DNA of 64,000 bases, from contig CAWHIK010000007.1 of the NCBI GenBank assembly GCA_963829485.1, positions 135,753-199,752 of the forward strand. Direction: 5' to 3'. Below, piece after piece: positions 36,372 through 44,441 of this stretch. The stretch is from an uncultured Chloroflexia bacterium. GTDB taxonomy: Bacteria; Chloroflexota; Anaerolineae; Anaerolineales; Villigracilaceae. The translations under genes were made by a program, and so were the position numbers. Under the pieces are notes generated by a model, which saw nothing but the letters and a program-made list of their open reading frames with translations, was not told the origin of the DNA and did no database searches. Within the stretch, counting starts at the first letter, position 1; each line of letters begins with the position of its first letter.

Positions 36372-37793
36372 TTATTCGTTGACCATCTGCGCTGCCGTCT
36401 CGAGGGCCATTCCCGTCGCGTCCTGTTCGAGGGCGTTCATGATGGTCTCGTATTTAAACTCTGCGCCATCTTCCGCAAAATTACTGATGTGAGGCAGATA
36501 GCCCAAAAAACCATTGGACAGACCGATGACAAACGCCTTCTCGCCCTGTGGAGCATTACGTTCCTGCCAGTCCCGTCCGACTTCCACCAGGGCTTCGCCG
36601 GGCAATGTCATCAAACGATAATCATTCACTTCGATGGTCTGCACTGGAAATGACATTTGCTTTTTGAACGCCGGGTTTGCCAACTTCATGGCCATCATGA
36701 GGAATGTGGAAACTGCCGACATCAACCGCCGCATATCGGACTCATCCATATCCTTTTCAATCACCACGGCCGACGCATCCCGCCAGAGGGTGAAGACAGG
36801 CTTCAGGTTGAGAGGCGATGCCTTGCGGAATTCCGGCAGATATTCCAGGATGATGCGGCGCTGGGCAAGCAGCTGTTTCCACGCCACGAACATTCCCAGA
36901 TTGGTCCGGGTTGGCTTAGCGGTGATGGTGCACTTGTCCACTCGCAGGCGCGTAAGCGGCTGGTGTGCGGTGGACCTCAAACTCCGCGCCACCTCTGTGC
37001 CGAGGGCTGTACCTATTTTTTCTGCGTCCTCGAAGGAGCCGCCCAGGTAGCCGCGCGTATCCAGCGAGTTGTAGAGCGGACGGGTATTGGGGATGACATT
37101 GCCCTCGGTCAGGTTGACGAACAACGCATTCCGGGCTCCGAGCTGCTGTTCGACAACGCGCTGCGCAACACCCGGGTAATCGGCGCTGATCAGCAAATTG
37201 TCGTGCCCCAGGCAGACGGCATGGCATCCCACGCCGAACAACACCGCCAGCGGACGCTCTGTTTCGATCTCGTCCACCTCGAGCGCAAGCACACGCCTAT
37301 CCACCAGGTTATCCGCTCCCCTCTGGCGGCGGTTGACGAGGAAATCCACCTGCCCGACCGCTAATTTCAGTTTCACTTCGACGGTCTTATCACACGCCTG
37401 CTTCCCCACATTGACCAGATTCTTCACCAGCCGGTCAAGGTAATCCCGTACCGGCGCGGCAATGATCAGGCTTTCTTCCACATCCGGCCCGGAATGGGTA
37501 TGCGAGGCGGACATACACAAGCCGGTTTCATCGATCTCCCCTGCGCCGGTCAGGGCAGCGAGAACCTGAGTGTAGATTCCGACCGGCAGCGAAATCAGAT
37601 CAGCGGTGATGAAAAGCAGGCGCTCTCTGCCATCGGTCAGGAAAAGCGCCTTGGCAAAAAGCGGATCGTGCACCCCGAGGCTGGTCTGTTCCGCACGCTG
37701 ACCATACCCGCCCATGCTGATCGGATCAACGGGAGTGATCTCCACCCTGGATGTCCCGGCAAATAACCTCGCCGGGAGTCCATCAAGATTCAT
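36372..37793 (-). CDS. Neutral/alkaline ceramidase-like amidase
   Basis: N-terminal ITP...MGGYG...GVHDPLFAKA and SHTHSGPD motifs typical of the non-lysosomal ceramidase N-domain. Confidence 0.75.
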   Translation of the reverse strand: MNLDGLPARLFAGTSRVEITPVDPISMGGYGQRAEQTSLGVHDPLFAKALFLTDGRERLLFITADLISLPVGIYTQVLAALTGAGEIDETGLCMSASHTHSGPDVEESLIIAAPVRDYLDRLVKNLVNVGKQACDKTVEVKLKLAVGQVDFLVNRRQRGADNLVDRRVLALEVDEIETERPLAVLFGVGCHAVCLGHDNLLISADYPGVAQRVVEQQLGARNALFVNLTEGNVIPNTRPLYNSLDTRGYLGGSFEDAEKIGTALGTEVARSLRSTAHQPLTRLRVDKCTITAKPTRTNLGMFVAWKQLLAQRRIILEYLPEFRKASPLNLKPVFTLWRDASAVVIEKDMDESDMRRLMSAVSTFLMMAMKLANPAFKKQMSFPVQTIEVNDYRLMTLPGEALVEVGRDWQERNAPQGEKAFVIGLSNGFLGYLPHISNFAEDGAEFKYETIMNALEQDATGMALETAAQMVNE

Positions 37794-39127
37794 GCTCCGC
37801 TCTCATTCTCCAATACATATTGCTTGACTTCCTCCGGGGTATCGCCCAGCTTGTAATTTCGGAAGAAGAACAAACCGATCATGACCAGGAGCCCCATGAC
37901 CAGAAAAGCCAAGCGGATGCCCATCGGGTTGGCGAGTGAATATCCAAAATTCTGGTATAGGATCGGCAACAGCAGGACAGCGATAGCCGGTCCGCCTTCC
38001 ACCGCGAGGGAAAAGGCGCCGTAGTAAATGGCCTCTCGGCGGGTCTTGGTTTTAATCTCATCGTAATCCGCGACCGAGCCCATCATGGCATAGGGGAGCA
38101 TCGAGCTGCCTGCCAGCATGAAGCCGAGCGCCATGAAGATCGCAAAAGTCATGATCGTGGCGGGTGTTCCCGGGATGCTTCCAATCAGGAATCCGGCAGC
38201 GTATATGACGCCCAGGATAATGGTGGCCGTCTGCCAGACCTTCCGGTTCAGTCGTTTTCGACCGATCCTGTTCCAGAAGATGGCTGCAAATGCCATCACC
38301 AGGATCACAACCCCCATGACGATGGAAACAAAATCGGTTGGCATTCCCAGAACCTGGGTCACAAAATAAGGCAGGTTTACGACCAGCATCCCGTATGCAG
38401 ATTGAACGAACAGGATAGCGAGGAAGAGGTGTAAGAATTGTCGGTTCTTGAAGGTTGCCATCAAGCTCTTTGTAACCGGAAGTGGTTCACCCAGCTCTTC
38501 GCTTTTCTTCTCTCTTAGTCCAAGCAGCGTCAGCACGCCTCCGATCAATGCGGCGATCCCAACAACAATCCCCATCCCCCGGGGTCCGAACGCAGAGTTA
38601 TAGAGGATACCGGAGGCGAGTGCGCCAACCAGCACGCCCACCAGGGCGAACACATTCTTCCAGGCAGCCAGGGTAACCCGGTCCTTCGGGTCATCCGCCA
38701 TTTCAGGCAGGGCCGCGTCATATGGGATCTGCCAGGCGCTCTGAGCACCGTAAAAGGCGACAGTGATGACTAGAAAATAAATGATATTTGCTGTGGAGGC
38801 ATACTGGTCTGGGGGGGTCCAGATCAAGATCAAAGCCAATACAGATAAGGGAAGGAAGACCAAGATAAATGGTCTTCGCCTACCCAGTCTGCCGCGGCGG
38901 GTATCGCTCCAGTGCCCGAGGAAGGGGTCGATTACTGCATTGACAATACTTCCGACCGCCATCAGGATCCCGATTATTGCCAGGGGGACAAGGTTCGGAC
39001 GGCCCGAGTCGGGCGGGGGTGCGTAGGTGAACATCAACCAGGTGGATACTGTGATCGCCATGATATTGGTGCTGATGGATGCCGAGCTGAAGAGCAACAT
39101 CCGGCCGGTGGAAAGTTTCGCGCTCAT
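37790..39127 (-). CDS. GPH-family (MelB-like, MFS_2) glycoside/cation symporter
   Basis: 445 aa, 12 TM helices, DPFLGHWSDTRRGRLGRRRPF motif. 4-nt overlap with the downstream gene. Confidence 0.85.
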   Translation of the reverse strand: MSAKLSTGRMLLFSSASISTNIMAITVSTWLMFTYAPPPDSGRPNLVPLAIIGILMAVGSIVNAVIDPFLGHWSDTRRGRLGRRRPFILVFLPLSVLALILIWTPPDQYASTANIIYFLVITVAFYGAQSAWQIPYDAALPEMADDPKDRVTLAAWKNVFALVGVLVGALASGILYNSAFGPRGMGIVVGIAALIGGVLTLLGLREKKSEELGEPLPVTKSLMATFKNRQFLHLFLAILFVQSAYGMLVVNLPYFVTQVLGMPTDFVSIVMGVVILVMAFAAIFWNRIGRKRLNRKVWQTATIILGVIYAAGFLIGSIPGTPATIMTFAIFMALGFMLAGSSMLPYAMMGSVADYDEIKTKTRREAIYYGAFSLAVEGGPAIAVLLLPILYQNFGYSLANPMGIRLAFLVMGLLVMIGLFFFRNYKLGDTPEEVKQYVLENESGA

Positions 39128-39201
39128 GTTGTATGTCTCCTGTAATCGTTGGATGAATTGAGAATGGCGGAATGAATGCGATCGATGTTGGCAAATTGAC
39201 G

Positions 39202-40512
39202 TTAACGCACCTCCGCTTTCACCTCGCGAGCCGCCTCGAGGATTTTCCCGACTGCACTGTCAAGGGTCTCGTTGTCGTGCTGCGCAGAGACCGTAAAATC
39301 CGTATGAAAATACAGTCCCTTCTGAATGCATTTATTGAAAAGTGATTTTGCCATTGCAGGATTGAGCTTGTCGAAATCCTTGTACTGCGTCACCGGTTCG
39401 CGCGTTCCTACATAGATGAAGAAATTACAGCCCAGGTGCTGCACTCGGGCGGTGAAACCTTCGTCATCGAATCCGGATTGGAGACTGTCGGTGAAACGAT
39501 CCACTTGTTCCAGCCAGGATTCAAAAAATCCCGGCTCTTCCATGATTCGAAGCGCAGCCAGGCCGGCTGCACATCCCATCAGGTTTCCTGAGAAAGTTCC
39601 GCCCGCAACAACAGGATCTACAGGATCCATGATTTTTGACAGGATTTTTTTCTTTCCCGCGATCGCAGCCAGCGGCACTCCATTGGTAAGCGCCTTGCCC
39701 AGCAGGCACAGATCCGGCGTTACGCCATAATACCCCTGCCCGCACGAGATGCCTGTGCGGAATCCTGAAAGTATTTCATCCATAATGAAAACAATCCCGT
39801 GAAGGTCACAGACTTCTCGGATTTTTTGAAGGTACTCGGTGGTTGTCCCCATACAGCCATTGTTGTAATCAATCGGATTCATGATAATTGCTGCGATTTC
39901 ATGGCCTTTTTCTTTGGCCAGCTTTTCGAACACATCAGGCCGGTTCCAGGGAATTACATAAAGCGTTTCCTTAATAACGTCAGGGATACCAGAAGAAAGG
40001 TGGCCAATTTTTGATATTCGATTTCCAGGATTTCCCCGGTCAATTTTCGAAGCCAGATTATTCGCAAGCGCATAATCATGCCCGCCGTGAAAATGACCGT
40101 CAATTCTTACAACCTTGCTTCGCCCTGTATAGCCCCTTGCCAGGCGCATGGCCAATAAAGTGCCTTCGCTTCCGGAGTTGACGTACCGCACTTGTTCTGC
40201 GCAAGGAACATGCTGGACGATTTTTCTGGCAAGTTCAACAGTTAACGAGTGATCGTACTCCGCAAAAAAACCAAGGTTTAACGCATCTGTGATTGCTTCG
40301 CGAATCTCCGGTCGGTTATGCCCCAGCGGGCACGCGCCGTGGCCCATAAAGAAGTCCACATAATGGCGGCCAGCGAGGTCATATATGGATGATCCATCCG
40401 CCCTGCTGAGGTACATGGGCTGGCCCGTGTAGGGATTGATCCGAAAGCTTGACGACACGCCTCCCACCAGGAACTTTTCAGCCTCATTTTTAAATTCGTC
40501 AATCACAAGCAT
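39202..40512 (-). CDS. Class III (PLP) aminotransferase, glutamate-1-semialdehyde-aminomutase-like
   Basis: SGSEGTLLAMRLAR, DEILSGFR and the GKALTNG lysine motif. AAGGAGA RBS. Confidence 0.9.
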   Translation of the reverse strand: MLVIDEFKNEAEKFLVGGVSSSFRINPYTGQPMYLSRADGSSIYDLAGRHYVDFFMGHGACPLGHNRPEIREAITDALNLGFFAEYDHSLTVELARKIVQHVPCAEQVRYVNSGSEGTLLAMRLARGYTGRSKVVRIDGHFHGGHDYALANNLASKIDRGNPGNRISKIGHLSSGIPDVIKETLYVIPWNRPDVFEKLAKEKGHEIAAIIMNPIDYNNGCMGTTTEYLQKIREVCDLHGIVFIMDEILSGFRTGISCGQGYYGVTPDLCLLGKALTNGVPLAAIAGKKKILSKIMDPVDPVVAGGTFSGNLMGCAAGLAALRIMEEPGFFESWLEQVDRFTDSLQSGFDDEGFTARVQHLGCNFFIYVGTREPVTQYKDFDKLNPAMAKSLFNKCIQKGLYFHTDFTVSAQHDNETLDSAVGKILEAAREVKAEVR

Positions 40513-40534
40513 TTTGGGATTCTCCTTTTATACA

Positions 40535-40565
40535 ATTATGTCATAAACGACGATTCCAAATCGTC
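40535..40565 (-). promoter_or_regulatory. Small hairpin (40549-40565) followed by a CATAAT -10-like box (40535-40540) proximal to the aminotransferase gene
   Basis: GACGATT-TGG-AATCGTC then GTTTATGACATAAT on the minus strand, the same layout as the repeats at 59.5-63.2 kb. Confidence 0.35.
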
Positions 40566-40590
40566 AAAAACAAAAATAGCCGTGCGGATA

Positions 40591-40665
40591 TCAACATTGC
40601 GCGTGGACCATTTTTCCGAGCAGCTCGCCGCTGCCTTCTACAAGGATTTCCATAGACTTGGTCAT
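40591..40665 (-). other. 24-codon remnant ORF created by duplication of the CoA-transferase A 5' end (MTKSMEILVEGSGELLGKMVHAQC*)
   Basis: Part of the 117-nt block 40616-40731, which is homologous to 33110-33226. It retains the AAGGAG RBS. Confidence 0.5.
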
Positions 40666-40691
40666 CGGCTCTCCTTGGGAATGATTAAATC

Positions 40692-40731
40692 ATTCTATGG
40701 CAAGTGCCTCAGAGCGATTCATCTGAGGCAC
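40692..40731 (-). promoter_or_regulatory. Palindrome + -10 module, copy 2 (degenerate: TAGAAT, right arm 1 nt shorter)
   Basis: GTGCCTCAGA...TCTGAGGCAC at 40704-40731 and TAGAAT at 40692-40697. Confidence 0.45.
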
Positions 40732-40756
40732 ACTTTATACTCCGTATAACGATCGA

Positions 40757-41917
40757 CTATTTTCCATCGCGGATGATCGTCCCGTTATGGATGACCATGC
40801 GGATGCTTGCCAGGTTTTGCAGGTCTTCCAACGGATTTCCCGAAACAACCAAAACATCGGCGATCTTTCCAGCTTCAAGCGTCCCCGCCTCGTCTTCGAT
40901 ACCCAGCACGTGCGCGGCATTCTTCGTGGACGCAAGGATGATCTGCATGGGCGTCATCCCTGCTGCGGACATCTGCTCGATCTCGTACATCGGGATTCCC
41001 AGCTCGAATTTACCCGGACCTCCCCCGTAGTCATTGCCGAGAGCCACTTGCCCGCCCTGTTCAACAAAATTACGGAGATTGAGTACGCACGTGCTGATCG
41101 GCGCGCCGTAATTCTTGAAGACGGTAAAGGTTGGGGTCATGTAGATGCCCTTCGCCACCATTTCCCGCCAGGTTTCATCAGACACTACGTCATATGTGAT
41201 GTGGGCAATATCATCCACACCGGCTTCCACCAAAATCTCGAGGTACTCAACCTGTGTGATGTGCCCTGATACCAAAGCCCCGCGTTCGTGCGATGCGGAA
41301 ATGATGGCATCCAGTTCCTCATCGGTCAGCTTGGGCAAGCCGGACTGCCCGGCATAACCATCCTCCATCGAAAGCTTGATCATGTCCACGCCGGCGTCCA
41401 ACTGCTCGAATACTTTCCGGCGCGCTTCTTCAGGTGAGGCAACAAACAACTCGCCGTATCCGTCGGGGACGGTCATCATATAGCCGGCTGAGATGAGGCG
41501 CGCATTCATCGGATCCAAAGCAGCTGAATCGCGAAAGGCTATCAGCTCCTCCAGTGATTCGTCCGAGAGAATCGACTCGTCGCGCACCGTGGTGACTCCA
41601 CCGTAAGCCCAGGCCTGCAAGTTCTCCTCATTAAAACCAAAGTGGACATGGGCATTGATAAAGCCGGGCAGGATGGTATTTCCCTTCAGGTCAATGACAC
41701 GCGCCCCTCGAGGGATCTCGACCTCGTCCTTGGAACCAACCGCTACAATCCGCTCGCCTTTGATGATCAGAACAGCATCGGGAATCGGTTCCGCTCCGGT
41801 GCCATCAACCAATGTGCCGTTAACCAGCGCCAGCGTGTCCAGATCTGGCGCAGAAAGAGAGCAACCGGTCAGAAATAAGATAACGACCATGAAAAGGATT
41901 ATTTTTCGGATTAACAT
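40757..41917 (-). CDS. Secreted/lipoprotein amidohydrolase-family metallohydrolase
   Basis: Lipobox LTGCS and the HxH motif (FINAHVHF). GGAG RBS before ATG 41917; the alternative GTG 41953 overlaps the upstream gene. Confidence 0.85.
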   Translation of the reverse strand: MLIRKIILFMVVILFLTGCSLSAPDLDTLALVNGTLVDGTGAEPIPDAVLIIKGERIVAVGSKDEVEIPRGARVIDLKGNTILPGFINAHVHFGFNEENLQAWAYGGVTTVRDESILSDESLEELIAFRDSAALDPMNARLISAGYMMTVPDGYGELFVASPEEARRKVFEQLDAGVDMIKLSMEDGYAGQSGLPKLTDEELDAIISASHERGALVSGHITQVEYLEILVEAGVDDIAHITYDVVSDETWREMVAKGIYMTPTFTVFKNYGAPISTCVLNLRNFVEQGGQVALGNDYGGGPGKFELGIPMYEIEQMSAAGMTPMQIILASTKNAAHVLGIEDEAGTLEAGKIADVLVVSGNPLEDLQNLASIRMVIHNGTIIRDGK

Positions 41918-41942
41918 AAGTCTCCGGCAAGACACCACAAAG

Positions 41943-43293
41943 TTACCTCGCACAGACTTCCTCGATCACATTCCACAGCACGGGCAGGCCGCTCTCGATA
42001 AAGGATACCGGCAGGCGCTCGTCGTGCCCGTGGCCGAGAGACACAGTAGGAAACTCGGGAGGCAGCATGCCGGGCGTGAACCCGTAAGTCTGGATGCCGG
42101 CCTTCTGGTACTGCGACGCGTCCGTCGCGCCGGGCATCATCAGCGGGACGATCAATCCCTCCGTGTCCATCTTGCGGGTGCAGCGCTCCAGCGTTTTGTA
42201 GAGTGGCGACTCGGCGGACACCTGAGCCCCGTCCGAGGTTTGGAGCGGTTCAAATGTAAAGCCCTCCCCCACGATGGCTTTGATCTCGCGAATCACATCC
42301 TCCACCGACTGACCGGGCAGCTTGCGGCAATCGAGGTGCACTTCCGCCGTGGAAGGGATGACGTTGGTTTTTGAGCCGGCCTGCAACACCGTCGGCGTGC
42401 ATGTGTTGGTCGTCAAAGCCGTCAGGATGGAACCACCTGTGCCCTTGATCCTCGGCAAGGCAAGATTGACCGCGGCCGGGCTGCCCATCAGACCGACCAG
42501 CATCTTCAAGGGCCAACGGACCTGCCCCGAGGCGGATTTCAACATGCTGCGGAAAGTGGGCGTGATGTGCACCGGTAAATGGCCGGCTTTGCGGATGCGC
42601 TCGATGGCCTGCGCCAAATGCAGCACGGCATTGTCCCTATGCGGCAGGGACGCGTGCCCGGGCTTGCCGCTGGCGGTCATGCGCAGCCAGCAGACACCCT
42701 TTTCCGCCACCTGGATCATGTAAGCCTTCGTCTTCCCAAAGTAGAGCGTCATCGCGCCGCCCTCGGTCAGCGCATATTCGGCGTCGATCAGATCGTGGTG
42801 TTGCTCGGTCAGGAACTGCGAGCCATGGGTGAAACCAGCCTCCTCGTCGGCGATCGCCGCCAGGATCAAATCGCGCTTGAGGGGCAAGCCGCGCCGGCTT
42901 CACCTGCAGGAAGATCTGCAGGTACATCGAGAGGAAGCCCTTCATGTCGAGGGCGCCGCGCCCCCACACCTCGCCATTGATCACCTCGCCGCCGAAGGGA
43001 TCGTGAGTCCAGCGCTCGCGCTCCACCGGCACCACGTCCACATGACCGGAGAGCAGTAGCGGTCGCTGTGACCCGTCGCCTCGCAGGCGGGCCACCAGAT
43101 TCACCCGTCCCGGTGCAGACTCGAGGATCTTGAAGTCCTCGCTGCCAAATCCCTCGCGCTCGAGGATTTCCTTGACCACCCGGATGGCGGGCTCCTCGTT
43201 CCCCGGCGGGTTGACCGTCTCAGCGCGGATCAAGCGGGAAAGGTGACCTACGGTCTCGTCGGTTGCGGATTTCCAGTTGATGGGTTCAGGCAT
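41943..43293 (-). pseudogene. M20-family metallopeptidase; frame broken near 42888-42900 as assembled
   Basis: ORF 42637..43293 (HVDVVPV, GRGALDMKG ... LQVK) continues in ORF 41943..42887 (GLPLKRDLILAAIADEEAG...). An extra C in a CC run would explain the break. Confidence 0.8.
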
Positions 43294-43350
43294 GGCTGCT
43301 CATCTCCAGTGCAGGAAAATCTTGGCTATCTATGAAAATGTCACTAATCC

Positions 43351-43391
43351 ATTATACGGCAAGTGTCTCAGAGCGAATCGCTCTGAGACAC
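43351..43391 (-). promoter_or_regulatory. Palindrome + -10 module, copy 3 (GTGTCTCAGAGCG-AAT-CGCTCTGAGACAC then TTGCCGTATAAT)
   Basis: 13-bp arms at 43363-43391 carrying a compensatory C>T / G>A pair relative to copy 1. TATAAT at 43351-43356. Confidence 0.5.
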
Positions 43392-43433
43392 GGGAGATAA
43401 AATTACGATTTGGGGCTGCCCTGATAGAAACTA

Positions 43434-44084
43434 TTACTCCAGCCAGCCTCTGCCAATGTCAGCCGCCTGCTGGCGAAAGAAAGCCTTTACCATTTCCCAT
43501 TCCAGCGGCTCAAGCATATCAGGTGGTTCATCCTGCTCGGCGCGCTCGAAGTAGACAAGCCGCTTCACCGCCTGTGCCTCAAAATCACGAACACCGGGGT
43601 ACTTCTGCGGCGCCAGACGCAACAATTCCCGCAGAGGTCTGCGCTGGCAAATGGCATACAGGTCGTAAAAATCCTTGCGGGCAGCACGGGCAAGCAGCGC
43701 ATCCAGCTTCATCAAGGCGATGTCTGCGACACTGGCAAGTTTTATCCCTTCAATGTCGACCAGGGGCTCAACAAGGTCATACCCATATCCATGGAAACCC
43801 GTTCGAATCCCCCTTGCGACGTAGACCAGACTGCCCCATGCCGAATCCGCCAGAATAGGCTCAAAGGAGGCGAGCGACTGCAGTAAAGGTTCTTTAATGG
43901 ATGGGATGTCTTCAGTGGGCGAAAAATAATCCAGGTCTACGGACCTGCGATGTCCGAGCTGCAGCGCCAGCGCTGTACCTCCGGCGAGATAAAACCGTTT
44001 GCCGATATCCGTCTGCGAAAAGGCGGACGCGATCTCGCGCATTCCGGGGGAAACAGTCTCCCAGAAAATATCAGGCATCGTCAT
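43434..44084 (-). CDS. AbiEii/AbiGii-family nucleotidyltransferase toxin (type IV TA)
   Basis: FYLAGGTALALQLGHRRSVDLDYF motif. ATG 44084 overlaps the upstream stop as ATGA. Confidence 0.8.
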   Translation of the reverse strand: MTMPDIFWETVSPGMREIASAFSQTDIGKRFYLAGGTALALQLGHRRSVDLDYFSPTEDIPSIKEPLLQSLASFEPILADSAWGSLVYVARGIRTGFHGYGYDLVEPLVDIEGIKLASVADIALMKLDALLARAARKDFYDLYAICQRRPLRELLRLAPQKYPGVRDFEAQAVKRLVYFERAEQDEPPDMLEPLEWEMVKAFFRQQAADIGRGWLE

Positions 44085-44329
44085 GCATCCAGCAGGAATT
44101 TCCAGAAGGTGAGATGCGGCTCCGGCAGGCGCTCCGGACCGGACCCGCTCAACCAATCCAGGATTTGTTTGCGCGGATAGCGTCCGAACAGCCAGCGGAT
44201 CTCTTCCCGGTTGCCGAACTGCAATGTGCGCTCAATGACGGTCGATGCCGCGCGGTCAGAGTCGAGATCGCTCAGGGAATACTCTTGAAAAAAAGGCGCG
44301 AGGGTTTGGGGAATGGCTGTCATTGGCAT
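44081..44329 (-). CDS. Small partner protein of the AbiEii-type toxin (putative antitoxin, DUF6922-like)
   Basis: 82 aa (FFQEYSLSDLD...VIERTLQFGNREEIRWLF). Translationally coupled to the toxin. The family name is from memory. Confidence 0.6.
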   Translation of the reverse strand: MPMTAIPQTLAPFFQEYSLSDLDSDRAASTVIERTLQFGNREEIRWLFGRYPRKQILDWLSGSGPERLPEPHLTFWKFLLDA

Positions 44330-44404
44330 GGTTTCATCTTACAACACCCATTTGAATGCTGCAAGACCCGAATAAGTTTTACTGATTAACCGGCAAGTCA
44401 TAAA

Positions 44405-44431
44405 GCAGGTCACGCATGAAGCGTGACCTGC
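44405..44431 (-). terminator. Hairpin terminator after the SBP gene
   Basis: GCAGGTCACGC-N5-GCGTGACCTGC, an 11-bp perfect stem 11 nt after the stop. Confidence 0.6.
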
Positions 44432-44441
44432 CCGGTGTGCA

